A program made the translations under genes and the position numbers. Under the pieces are notes generated by a model. It ran no database searches. It had not been told where the DNA came from and saw only the letters and a list, made by a program, of their open reading frames with translations. Of a stretch of 64,000 nt of DNA, positions 41,287 through 55,400 are shown in pieces (within the stretch, counting starts at the first letter, position 1; every line of letters begins with the position of its first letter). Source of the stretch: Cycas panzhihuaensis (Eukaryota; Plantae; Cycadophyta). The DNA is taken from positions 96,293,741 through 96,357,740 of the forward strand of contig CM041465.1 in the NCBI GenBank assembly GCA_023213395.1, read 5' to 3'.

Positions 41287-44200
41287 TGTTTTATCCTAAG
41301 GGTATCTTAAGGGTAATGTCTTAATTTATCTTTATATAACTCTTGATGTAACTTAGACACTTGTCTGACACGTCATTTATACATGTATCAGTTACATTTA
41401 CTCATATATATTTAAGGAGACTATCTCCCTCATAATAAATGAATCAAGTCATTCTCATATATCTGAGCCTAAAGTTTAACATAGTATTAGAGCAGGTCGA
41501 TCTATTTGCCTGAGAGAGAAACCATCAGATATCATGTATCATTTTAAAGAAATACTAAGAGGTTAAAATGACTATTTAAGAAGAAGGAAACTAAAATTAC
41601 TAGAAGATCAAGAAGATTATAGAAATCAATTTTATACGGGCATGTATGGACCTGTACGGATGGAGAAATCTAAGAGTACTTAGAATTTATTAAAACTTGT
41701 TTAATACATAGATCTCAATATGGATATCACTTTTATCAACTGACAAGAAGACATTTGAGATCGTTTTGAGGTAGTTTTTGACCATTTACTAGTCTGCGCA
41801 GGTTTTAGTACTCAATCATAGATTTTGATTAGAATCTTGTACTAATCTAAGTACAATCACTTATAAACTCTATGTTTTAGTGATACAATTCCTTTGAATC
41901 CTCTTTTGAAGAGATTAATTAAATAAACAAAAGTTTGATGTAATTTTTTGAAAAACCCTAACCACCCATCTAGAGGTTTCAAGCTAATTTTCTCATAAAC
42001 TAGAAGTCATCTCTAGAAAATAATCTCAAAGCTGGAACCCTTGTGAAAATTATTGTACTAGTTTGTACACTTTTATTTTTGTACTAAAATCCATACAATT
42101 ACATGACTAAATTTAGATTTCTTTGCTATTACTATTAGAAAATGGCTTCCTTAATCTTAGCCCTAATTAATCTGGACAAACTGATAGATACTAATTATCA
42201 CATATGAAAAATTAAGGTAGAGACTTTGTTAAGGGAAAAAAATGCATGGACAATATCCATTAGTACTTAAACAAAACCAACTATAATCGAGTCTACTCTA
42301 ACTAGTTAGGAAGAAAGAGATAACATAAGGGTAATAGTTTTAAAGCTCTCTATTTTTAATCCTCTACTTATCTATATTGAAAAATCAAATTCATCATCTA
42401 CAATCTAGAGCATATTTGTGAATATATATAGTCAAAAAAATAAGGTTAGGATCATAGCACTCAAAGAAGAATTGTTCAAATTACACATGAAGGAAACTAA
42501 CACTGTATCAAAGTTCATACACAAAGTCATCTCAACTAGAAATAATCTTCTGAGTGTAGAAGCAAGTATTATATCATAAGAAGTTGTAGAAATGATAACA
42601 AGTAAGCTCCCAAAATTGTTTGATGTCACAGTAAATACAATAACCAATAATAATCAAATTGACACAATGTCTCATGATGGTCTAATTAGGTTATTATTAA
42701 GACAAGAGCTAAGGAATAAATTATATGAAGACATAGCATAATAAAAGAATACTTTGTGATAAAACTAAATATAGGACCTAGAGGCTAAGGTCAATTTTAT
42801 AGACATGGATGAACTCTAGAATTCATAAGTCCATCCTAAGGAAGGTGGAAAGAAAGTAGAGGATGAAGATACTTAAATCCTCTAAGAGATGCAAGGGTCT
42901 GTTTTAACTATGGGAAGCCTAGTCACTTCTCTAGTAACCACAGGGCATTTGATGTATATTATCATTGTGGGCAACTTAGGCACTACCCCTATCAGTGCAC
43001 ATAAATGAGAATTAAAATCCATAGAGGAAAATAATATATTAGAAACTATAGTAAGGAGCAAATAGATTAGGATAAAGAGGAGACAACCTTCATTGTTACT
43101 CTTACCACTAGCCTAGAAGATGAAGGCATCCAACACATAGACTCTAGAGCCTTACAACAGATGATAGGTTAGGAAAACTAGTTTTGAGTCACTTGAACCT
43201 TATTCCTCCAACAAATCTATTGAACTAGGGTATAAGTTTCCTCTAAATATTAAAGGAATCAAGACCATAGCTATTAAATTAAAGGGCAATATGTAAAAAT
43301 TTAGAAATGTGCTTTTTGTACCAAGTTTAAAAAGGAACCTCCTCTCTATCTCTCAGCTTAGAAAGAAAATAACGAGGACTATATTTGATAAATAAGGGTG
43401 CTACTATATCTTAGATATGAAGAATGATAGTGCTATGATTAATAAAGGGATAGAGAATAATGATCTATACATGTTACTTTCTAATCCTATAATTCCAAAA
43501 AAGGATGTAAAGCCATAAATTGCTATAAATTCTAACATCAATAATAAATTGTGGTATTTGAAATATGGGCACATCTCCTTAGACATTTTAGAAATGATGC
43601 ATAAAATAGGAATGGTTGATGGACTTCCTAAAATTATATCTAATCATTTTATTTGCAAAAGCTATCAACTTAGAAAATAGCACTATTTTTTTTTTAATGA
43701 ATAGCAAGCTCAAAATAAACTAGAATTAATATATATAGACCTATGTGGACCTCTTACTTCTCATTCAATCAATGTCTCTAGATATTTTTTAATGTTCATT
43801 GATGATTTTTCTAAGAAAGTCTAGGTTTATTTTCTCTACAATAAATCTAAGGTCTTTGAAGTATTTAAAGAATTTAAAGCTAAAGTCAAGTTGGAATTAG
43901 GGTCAAAAACCAAAAGTATCAGATTAGATGCTAGAGGAGAATGTATTTCAAAGGAATTCTTGAATTTCTACAAAACATGTGAAATACATAAATAATTTAT
44001 GACTCCCTACACATCTTAATCCAATGGGGTAGCTAAATAAAAAAGTAGAACTATTATGGAGATAGCTCACTGCATGATTTATAATAGATAAGTTTCAAAT
44101 TTTTACTAGGTAGAAATAGTAAGTACAGTCTACTACTTAATAAATTAAAGTCCAACAAAAATCTTGGAATAAGTTACTCCAAAAAAAGCCTAGACAAAAT

Positions 44201-47200
44201 AAAAACTAGATGTAAGTAACTTAAAAATATTTAGATGTTTAGTTTTTGTTTATATACTAAACAAAAGGAGATCCAAACTTGACTCTAAAATTATAGATTA
44301 TATTATGATAGGCTATAGTAAAAACTTAAAAGCCTACAAATGTATAGATTTAAAAGCTAATAAGATCTATATAAGTGAAGATGTCAATTTTAATACAGGA
44401 TATGTCACTGGAAGCCATTTTCCACCTCAAGTAATTGAAGAAGCCCCAAAAGGGATATTGTAAGAAGAACCTCCAGTAGAAGAAACCTCTAGAATAACAT
44501 AAGAGGATATAGGATGAGATGATATAGAAGAGTTAAAAACAACATCTCTACCTCATGAAAGCTTTGCCTATAAAGGAGAAGAATTATCCCCTGAGGAATC
44601 AGTCATAAAAGAAAAGAAGAAGGAAAAGAGAGTACCAAAATAGTACATTAAAACTATTGAAGAAGGAAAGGGAGATGTATTTACAGATAAGACAAGAAAA
44701 TAGAAGCATCAAGCATTGTTTAGTAATATAGAACCACAGTCCTTTAAAGAAACAAAAGAACATGCAGAATGATAAGTAGCAATGGATGCTAAAATGGAAT
44801 CAATCACCAGAAATCAAAGTTAGGAGTTGATCAATTTACCTAATGATAAGTTTGTGGTTAATTACAAGTGGATATATAAAATGAAGGAAAATACTAATGG
44901 CAGGATAGAAAATCATAAGGCCATACTTGTAGCATAGGGTTACACCCAAATAATAGGGATAAACTTTAATGAAACATTCTCACCTGTTATTAAACTTGAC
45001 ACTATAAGAATAGTAATTACTTTAGTAGCTCAAAATAACTAGAAAATTTATCAATTGGATGTAAAAAGTGCTTTCTTGAATGGTGAACTAGAAGAAGAAG
45101 TCTATATGAGACAACCAAAAGGCTATATTAAAAAAGGTTAAGAAAATATTATATGTGAGCCAAAGAAGGCACTATGTGGATTAAAGTAAGCTCCAAGAGC
45201 TTGGTATGCTAAATTGGACAAATTTCTCTCACAAAATGGTTTTCTCTTATGTAATTTAGATTCTAGTTTATATATAAAAAAAAGAAATATGCTAATCACA
45301 ATAAATTGGGTCTATATAGATGGTATGATTCTCATAGGGAGTGATATAGAATCAATATCAAGTATAAAAAGTCAACTAGAAAAGAGCTTTAATATAATAT
45401 ATTTGGGAATTCTAAGTTACTACCTGGGAATAGAAGTCAATCAAAACAAGGAATTAATTACATTATCACAAAGTAAATTAGTGACATACTCGACAACTAA
45501 AAATAGAACTTGGTTGATAAATGCCAGGTTTGGTGTTGTGGCAAGACTTGACAAAAACCTCTTGGAAGAGGTTAGTATTGAAACTGAGGGGTGGAACATT
45601 GACCAAAAGTTGGTTTACAAGTTGGACAGCTTTAGGTGCTCTAGATGTAGGTGCTTGGGGCATCTTCCTTTGAAGTGCCAAGGAGAAAATAGGGATGGGG
45701 CTAGCAAGAAAAGAGGCTCAAGCAAATTTGTTGAGGATCTAGAGGTAGAAGTAAGCATGGGTGATACTTTAGGGACTAAGGTAATTGAATCTCCTCAGAT
45801 AAATCAACACATGGAGACATATATCCTAGTGGAGGCTAAGGAAAAGGAGTAACCTACGGGTCAGAAGGAGGGACAACAAGGGCCAGTGGTTATGGAAGAG
45901 GAATGCCTTAATGGTGAAGAGAGGAGGACTGAGGAGGCCCCAGTTGAGGTAGCTGAGATTAGTTACAATGAGAAGATGAAGGGGATAAATTGGGATGAGG
46001 AGGACCTTCTCTCAAACGAAGGTGAGGAGGGGGTTCTGCTCACAAGTTAGGTGGAATTACAACAAGGGGAAGAGGAACATTAGGCTAGGGTTGAATGTAG
46101 GGTTAAGGGGGGGCTAGATATGAGAGGGGAGCCAGAAAGGCCACCTAGTGGGGATCACAAGTGGATAGCGAGAAGAGCACCTGATTTAGGCAGTAATAGA
46201 AAGGTTGGCAGACCATCTAAGAAAGTGATTTAAGAAAGGGAAATGGTTTTCCAAATTGACCAAGGGTATTAGTGTACCCTAAAGGAAAGGGTAATTAACG
46301 GCTTGTTTCTCATGAGTAGAAGATAATTCTTTAGGGTAGGCATAAGGGGCTTGGCCATGAGGATATTATCATGGAATGTTAGGGGCCTAAACGCCCCCTC
46401 TAAACAGAGAATTATCAAGGACTTGAGATTTAGAATGGGGGCGGATATTATGATGTTGTGGTAAACAAAACTTAAGAACGCTAAAGAAGCAGAGGTGAAA
46501 AATAAGATTTGGAGGAATGGCGAGATGCTAGCAAAAGAGGGTTCTCTTGGATCGGGTGGCATGGAGGTTCTCTATGACCCTAGATTTAGCAAGGGATAGG
46601 TATGGTTCGGAAGATCATTTTATAACCGTATACCTTACCTGCAGGAGAATAAATATCCAATGGCTTACCACCAATATTTATGCTATGATAACAACAGAAG
46701 GAAAAAAGACTTTATGGGATAAGATTGTGGTTGCCCACAAAGATTGGAAAGGCCCCTGGTTAGTTGTGAGGGACCTAAATATAGCCCTATTTCCAGGTGA
46801 AAAGAGGGGGTCAAGAGGACTAGTCCAGGAGCATGTCAGACCTAAGGGTTTTCCTTTAGAAAGGTGGGTTATTGGACGTCCCACTCAAAGGGGCTAGGTA
46901 CATGTGGTCAAATAGGAGATTAGGGGACAATCACATCTAGATAAAGTTGGATAGGGTGTTAATAAATTATGAATGGATGAGACTCCATAAAGACATCAAA
47001 TTAGAAGCGCTTCTGAAAGTGGCCTCTGATCATTCACCTCTAATGTTAGAATTCAATACTTTAAGTATTCATCGTGGGGCCCCCTTTCGGTTCGAGCTTA
47101 TGTGGTTAAGGCATCCAGATCTTAGGGACAAGGTTAAGGAATGGTAGGGTATCCCAATAAAAGGGCATGCTATATTTAGGTTCTTAAAAAAGCTGAACTC

Positions 47201-50200
47201 AGTTAATAGATAGATTAAAGTTTGGAACAAAGAAGTCTTTGAAAACATTTTTTAGGCCAAAGGTAGAATTCTTAAGGAGCTTAACATGGTAGAGGGTAGG
47301 ATCCAAGAGGAAGGAAGGTCCTCCATTCTAGACGAGATGGAGAGATCGACTACAAAGAACCTGGAAGACGTGTTGGCCAAAGAGGAAATACACTGGAAAC
47401 AGAAATCTAGAGCTCTCTAGCTATCAGAGGAGATAAAAACATTGAGTTCTTCCGTATGTCTACTTTGAAACATAAGTCTTGTAATAGAATAAATATTCTA
47501 TGAAGCACAAATAGAGTAAATCATGTGAAGGAAGAAGAAATCAAGGACATAGCTATGGAATACTTCAAGAATTTATTTGAAGAGCCCAAATGCTAGGAGA
47601 TAAAATTAAGGAAGAAGCTCATGAGTCATATTCCAAAGCTGATTAATGATGATCAAAATAGGAGGCTAACGGATCATTTTACACTGGAGGAAGTGGAGAA
47701 GACTCTTTTCAATATGGGTCAGGATAAAGCTCTTGGTCCAAATGGTTTCCCACTAGGTTTCTTCCAAGAATTTTGGGACATAATCAACGAGGATCTATAA
47801 CTAGCTCTAGATGAATTCTTTGATAAGAAAAAAATTATAAAGGAGTGGCAGGCTACTTTTTTGGTGCTAATCCCAAAGAAAGAAGGAGCGAAAGTCATGG
47901 AGGACTTTAGACTAATAAGTCATTGCAATGTAAAATATAAAATCCTAGCAAAAGTTCTAGCAAATAGGTTAAAGGAATGCTTGTTACTTATCATATCTCA
48001 AAATCAGGATAAATTTGTGAAAGGCAGAGAAATTTTGGATGGGATAATAGTGGTCCATGAGATGGTTCATTCAGTCTATCATAGGAAGGAAGCTAGCATG
48101 TTGGTAAAAACTGACATATCCAAAGGTTACGATCAAGTGGCCTGGGATTATTTGATTGAATGCCTCTAAGATTTTGGCTTTGATGAGGCTTGGAGGGAAT
48201 GGATGTGGTGTTGTATATTTAGGCCCTCCTTCTCTATCTTGATAAATGGTACTTTGAATTCTTTCTTCCCTTATTTTAGAGGATTAAAGCAAGGGGATCC
48301 CTTATACCCCTACTTATTTATCATTATAGTGAAAATATTAGGGAGGGTTGTTGAGGAGGCCAGAAGGAAAGGGTAGACAGTTGGACTAAAACCCTCATCT
48401 GGCATTGATAATATTATTCATCATTAGTTTGTTGATGATAATATCTTTCTAGGTAAGGCGGCCCTAAGGGAAGCTAGAGCTTTTAAGGTGGGGCTCCAGG
48501 CTTACGAGAGGCCTACAAATTAGAGAATCAACCTAGGGTAGAGCTCTATTTTCTTTCTTAATACCCCTGAGAGACTACAAAGGGGGATTAATAGGGAGAT
48601 GGAGATCCCTATTAGGCCTCTTCCAACCAGTTACCTGGGGATGTCTCTATTTATAGGAAACATGAGTAAGGACCTTTGGAATTCAATGGTGGATAGGATC
48701 CAAAGGAAGTTGGTTGGGTGGAAAGGTTCGCTTCTTAGTCAGGTAGGCAAAATCTAGCTAGTGGCAACCTCTCTGTAGAGCATTATAGTTTATATAATGT
48801 CTATCTTTAAGATACTGAGTAAGATCATTTCAATCTTAGAAGGCATTCAGAAAATATTTCTCTAGTTTGGCATAGAGGATAAGGAAAATGGTTTCCTAGG
48901 ACAAAGTTTGTAGGCTCAGATGGGTAGGAGGGCTCAATATTAGAAGATTAGGAATGTTTGATAGGGCTCTAGTGACTAAACTTGGGTGGAGACTGGAAAA
49001 AGATGATGGTACCTAGTGGGAAAATATTATAGACAAAAAGTACCTAGGGGGTAGGCACTTTTTGAAGGATGAGGTGGGGGAAGTTTCAGGATCCTCTATT
49101 TGTAAGGGGTTGGTCCACATGATACCTATTTTAAGAAATGTATGAGATGGAATCTAGGGAACAGGGAAAGAATCAAGTTTTGGGAGGATAAATGGTGTGG
49201 AAACTACAAAGTGAAAGACAGGCCATCCATCGGTAATCTATAGGGCATTTGTGAAGGTACTTTCAGCATGATGGTCAAGGACTACTAGGAGGTCCAAGGA
49301 AAAGATAGATTTTAGAGATCCTTTGAGGAGTTGCAAGGGACCCAGGAGGGGGGGGGAAGTATTCAAATCCTTAAGAGTGAGTTGATTCATCAGTATATTC
49401 CCAAAAGGCTTATGGTTGAAACAATTATTTAGCCTCACTCTTCCTTTGGTATGTACTTCGTGAAGGAGGGTTATCAAATTATTTGTATAGATGAGGGGTT
49501 TGGCAAGAACCCACTATTGGCTAGGGTATGGAAGTTGGGGCTTATTCCTAAGGTGGGGGTCTTTTGGTGGCTCTGTTTATAGAATAAGATATTAACAATT
49601 GATAATCTTCATAAACAAGGCTTAGCCACGCCAAATAGATGTGTGTTGTTCAAGAGTGATGAGGAGTCACTGGACCATATTAGTATTCACTATACCTTCT
49701 CTAGGGGTGTTTGGTCATTTCTCTAGTCTAACCTTGGGCTGGACTAGGTGATGCCTAGGACACTGCTAGACCAATGGATGTTATGGAAATCTCCCTTTAG
49801 GATCAAGACATTGGGACTATTATGGAAACTAATTTTGCCCATAGCAGTCTAGAATATTTGGAAGGAATGTAATAGAAGAATTTTCTAAGGGAGGGAGATG
49901 GACAAACTAAGGCTCTATGAGATGATTCATATGGTGACAGTGGAAATGCTCAAATCCTTAGATGAGAAAATGGTCCTAAAAGGGGAGGAAGGAATCATGG
50001 ATGGTTGAGGGATTAGAAGACCTAAGATCATTGGGGTAAAAAGAAGAAAGTATTCTTGGCAGGTGCCTAATGAGAACTGGGTCGAAGTAAATTTTGATAG
50101 GGCATCAAAAGGCAACCCAGGTGAGGTTGGGGGGAAGGCCTTTATAGAAACCTAAACAGTACGGTAAGATGGGCCTTTGCAAAATATTATGGCCAATAGT

Positions 50201-51737
50201 CAAACCATAGTGCTAAACTAAAGGCTATGCAGAGAGCTGTAGCTATGGATGATGAGGATGATAGTGATAAGGTAATAATAGAAGGTGATTCTCTGAATGT
50301 GATCAGGATCCTCAAGGGGGAGACAGAGGCTAATTAGTATAATGTGGACATGGTGAGGGATGCTTAAGATGTTTTAAGATCCAAACAAAGTTCTTAGATT
50401 TGGCATACGTATAGGGAGGGTAATGCATCTGCAAACTGGCTTGCCAATTAGGCAGTTCATAATAAGAGAATGATGGTTTAGAAAGGGAATTTCCTAGAGG
50501 AGCTTCTAAGTCTGGTCAAAATGGATATGTTAGCCCAGAGTGGGGTGAGCTAGCTATCAAGCCTATTTTGGTGCTTTGTATCAATGTGGGGGTTGAGTTA
50601 TGCTAGGCCATGGGCATGTCATGGCCATTCTATTCCATAGCCGAAGGGCTACTATTGTAAAAGGTTTGGGGACTTATCAAAACCCCTTCTAATTTTTTTA
50701 CCAAATAAAAAAAAAATAAAGTAAATATATTAAACATTTGCTAACAAGATTTCAAATGGAAGATTGCAATAACTGTGTAACTCCCATGGAAGTTAATTGT
50801 GACCTAGTTCCAAGTAAAGGAGAAATTGAAGTAGATGTAACTTTATATAGATAATTGATTGGAAGTCCAATTTATGTCATTATAACTAAACCTGACATCT
50901 CATAATAATTAGACCTAACATCTTATACTCTATAGGTCTAGTTTTAAGATACATGCAACAACCCAAGATAAGACATTAGAAGGCATCTAAGAGGATACTC
51001 TAATATTTAAAAGGAATAATTAATATAAAACTTGTCTATTGAAAAATGAAATTAGACAAGTTAATTGGGTTTTGTGTCTTAAATTGGGTTAAGGATAAAG
51101 AAAAGACGAGATCCACAAGTGGACATTGCTTCTTCCTAGGGCCAGCAACTATCTCCTATAGTAGCAAAAGATACCCAACAATTACACTTTCATCCACTCA
51201 AGTTGAATGCAAGTCAGTTGTTAGTGTTACTTATGAAGTAGTTTGGTTGAGGCAACTACTACTTAATCTGAATCAATAGCAATAAGGACCAATAACTTTA
51301 TTTTGTTCTAATGAAAGTGCCATAAAATTAACCAAAAATTATGTACTCCATGCATGAATAAAACACATCAAGGTGCATCATTTTTTTCATATGAGAGAAA
51401 GTGCAGAATAAAGAAGTTAACTTTGTATATTATCCTATAAATGAACATGCTGTAGATTTCTTAATAAAATTGCTCAACATAGATAGATTTCATATTCTTA
51501 GAGATAAAATAGGATTAAAAGGATAAAATATTAAGAGATAGTGTTAAGATATATTGATTTATCCTAAGGGTATCTTGAGTGTAATGTCTTAACCCCTCTT
51601 TATGTAACTTAGACATTTGTCTAACACATGTCATATGTACATGTATCGGTTACATTTACTCATATAAGTTTAAGGAGACTCTTCCTCATAATAAACAAAT
51701 TAAATCATTCTCATCTATCTGAGTTTGAAGTTTAATA
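41287..51737 (+). mobile_element. Degenerate Ty1/Copia element split by a LINE
   Basis: LTRs at 41287-41481 and 51542-51737; decayed PBS tagtattagagc (41482-41493). gag from 42142, integrase DLCGP and [20 protein letters not shown] resumes at ~50718 (SKYIKHLLTRFQMEDC) and RNase H at ~51050-51500. Confidence 0.92.
45479..50717 (+). mobile_element. 5'-truncated L1-type LINE with RNase H domain
   Basis: ORF1 zinc knuckle CSRCRCLGHLPLKC. ORF2 starts at 46357 MRILSWNVRGLN, with endonuclease SDHSP, RT LIPKK, QGDP and FVDD, zf-RVT, and RNase H VNFDRASKGNPG. A-rich tail ~50703-50716; TSD aaagtaaat (45470-45478 and 50718-50726). Confidence 0.95.
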
Positions 51738-52445
51738 GGAGTGAATTCCAAGTTTTCTTCTTAAAACCCTTATCCTATATATTTCTTTACAAAATAAAAG
51801 GTCTTTAAATCATATCCTTCAATTTTGTAGTTAGTTTTTATTTTAAAAAGAAAAAAACCAAAAGAAGACTTTGCTTGGCTGATTCATCATACTTCCCTAC
51901 TTCTCCTTATGCCTTGCATCTAGTTAGGTTTATTTTTTAATGAAAATGAGCTTTAAAAAAAGAGTAAATGAAATTTTCACTCCATTACATGTTTATTTAT
52001 CTTTGTGTGTGCTTTACAAAAGCTAAAACAAAGCGAAGATTCACATTTGTTACAATTTATCAAATCTATTAGGCCAAATAAAATTTTATTTAAGGCTAGT
52101 TCTTTATTGTTTCTATTTACCTAAAAGCTACATCGTAGTTGAATTATTAATTTTATTGTTTATTTCTTTAGCATATTTAGATTAGGATCCGTTCTTCTTT
52201 CAAAGAGGAGGATTATTGCCTTTCTACATAAAATTTATCACCAAATAAAAGAAGTGATATTATGTCCTTAGGTAGATGAAGTCCTCTTATTTATGTTTTA
52301 AATAGGTTAGTGAAGGGCATGTATCTTTGCCATGTACTAATGCATACGGTGTTAATAACCTAACAAACTTTATTATGTTGGATATACGATAATAATGTAT
52401 AAGGAGGCCAAGTTTTTGGAGATTTTTTGGTGTAGTTTTTCCCAC

Positions 52446-55400
52446 TATAACATATCTTCTATAATAGAGGACTCCTAAAGAGAGAAGTAAGAGAAATAAT
52501 AAACACCAAAGAGAACCAAAAGAGGCAATTAATCACCAAAGACAACCGAAGTTCTTTCTCTCAAGTAATATGAACCATGAATAAATTACAATGAAGACCT
52601 AAGAGAGTATATATAGCACTTCAACTGCTAAGGCTTACTTTCCACTAGTTCATGTAGAACAAAATCTCACACCTCTATTTTAAATACTTACTAAATAAGT
52701 GAGTATTATAAAAGTACAACTACTTGCTAAATGCATGTGTAATATAAAAGCATAACTACTTGCTAAATACATGTGTAATATAAAAGCACCACTATTTGAG
52801 TGCTTATTAAATAAGTGAGTATGACTATTTAAGCACTTGCTAAATAAGTAAGTACATTAGAATATTCATGAGATTACATAACCCTTTGGTGGATTCTACA
52901 TGCTAATACTTCCTTCTACTTATGGAGATGGGGTTATGTTATAAGTCCCCCCCTCTAAGACATTGAGTCCTTGAAGCATTATAGATGGAGATGTTACTTG
53001 ATAAACTCATTAGATTCCTAAGTTGCTTCATTTGTATCACACCCAATATATTATAACAAATACTTAGAAATAATGTGATTCTAAAAGTGGCGCTTATGAT
53101 TAGTGAGGATCCAGTTTGGTGGAATTGTAAATATTTGTTCATTATTGAGAATGGGAAGGGTGGTGAGGGTTGTAATATTTTTGCCTAAGCACTTTTTAAG
53201 GTAGGAGACATGAAAGACATTATAGATATTAGTGTTTAAGGGTATATACAACTTTACCAATCTTTTTTATGACTTTATATAGACCATAATAATGGGGGCT
53301 TAGATTATGGCCTTAATGGACTTTAAGGGATTATTGTTTATATGTATAAAGATAGAGGAATATGAGATCTCTAATGTCAAATGAATCATTAGATTGATGG
53401 TAGTCAGTGAGTTGCTTTATATAATTCCTTACATTGGCTAAGTTTTGCTTAAGGGTATGAAGGATTTGGTCCATCTCTTGCAGCTTTTGTTGGGTAAAGG
53501 CATTCCAAAAATCAGTCACTAAAGTGTGGTGAAAAAGATAGTGAGAATCATATAATACTAAAAATAGGGACATGTCAATGGCTAAATGGTGTGAGGAGTT
53601 GCGCCAATATTCTACGAGGGATAACTAAGATGTCTATTTAGCTTGGTGGTTAAAGGAAAAGTAGCATAGGTATGTTTCCAAAGTTTTTTTCAAGGCCTCT
53701 GATTGACCATTTTCTTATAGATGATAAGTTGTACTCATATTAAATGAAGTTCCCATAGATTTAAATAATTCTTACCAAAATGATCTAGTGAACTTAGGGT
53801 CCCTATCACAAATGATAGTTGAAGGAAATCCATGAAGGCAAAAAATAAATTGGACATAAATGTTGATAAGATAGGATGATTTATAAGATGTGTGTACTAG
53901 AATAAAATGAGAATATTTAGTTAGTCCATTGATGACTAACCAAATTAAGTGAAACCTAACCGATGTAGGCAAGCTAGTAATAAAATCCATGGCAATGTCC
54001 TACCATTTTCCTTGAGGAATATGTAATGGTTTGACTAGTTCTATTAAGGCATTATTATCCACCTTATGTCATTAATAAGTATCACATTCTAACATAAAGG
54101 TAAAGATAGTGTGTTTTATATAGGTCCAAAAGAAGTCAACATAAATATGATGATAAGTTTTATCAAATCTTGAATAGCCCCCTAAAAGAGTGGAGTGATG
54201 CTTTATTAGAATATGTCAAATGAAAGATGAGGATGGATGGACAAAGATGTGATTATGGAATAATAGATTATTTGAGTATGTTGATCATTCATTCTAGTTT
54301 AAATATTCTTCTTTCTAAAGGAAGTAATCAGGTCAAGCCTAGTTTTTAACATGTAGTGCATTAAGCTAGATGGGTTAGGGCTTGGATATAGCATGAATGG
54401 TAGGGTTGGCGGTATTGGAATTAGGAGAAAGATGAGAGAGGGCATCTGCAATCACATTGTCTTTATCTTTCTTATAAGATATCGTAAAGTTAAAAACCTA
54501 AAGGCGATCAATCTATTTGGCTTATTCTTCTGAGATGATTGATTAATCCATCAAATTATGGAACTACAATGGTCAGTAAGGATTGTGAATTTTGACCCCA
54601 AAAGATATTGACAGCACTTATCCACAACATGTAAGACTACTCGTATTTCCTTTTGGTAAGTTGATAACTAAAGTTTATGGTCCTTTAGTTTTTGGATTTT
54701 AAAAGCAATCGGATGATACTCTTACATAAAAATAGTGTTTATGCTAAATCTTGAAGCATCACATTCGAGCTAAAATGGTTAGATGAAATCAGGAGTGGCC
54801 AGTACTAGGGTAGAGGTCATTACTAACTTTAGGTAGGAAAAGGCAGCTTCAGTCTTTGAAGACCATTGAAAAGAGTTTTCGTAGAGCAAATTTGTTAGCA
54901 AGGATACTAGTGTAGCATAATTATAGACAAAACGATAATAGAACCCTACAAGGCCAAGGAATGCTTATAGTTATGTGAGATTAGTTAATGTCAACCAAGT
55001 AGTGATGACTAATATTTTATCAAGGCCCATAGGTACCCCTTTGCAAGAAATAATTTGTCATAAGTACTAGAGTTCAGTTTTTCCAAACTCATACTTAGAA
55101 AGTTTGGTATATAATTGGTGTTAGAATAAAATTTAGAGGACGATCTCTAGATGATGAATGTAATGGTCTAAACATGAACTATAGATGAGTATATCATCAA
55201 AGAAGATAAGGACAAATTTATTAAGATGAGGACTACAAATTTTATTCATGAGGGCTTGGAAGGTGGTTGGTGCATTACAAAGGCCAAAAGGCATCACTCA
55301 AAACTCAAAGTAGTCATGGTAGGTTTAGAAAGCTATCTTATTATAATCTCTTAGGGCTATCAAGATCTAGTAATATCCTAATTATAAGATTAGCTTAGAG

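Noticed and set aside
41282-51742. TSD for the 41287-51737 Copia
   Set aside because: Flanks gggaa and ggagt match too poorly to call.
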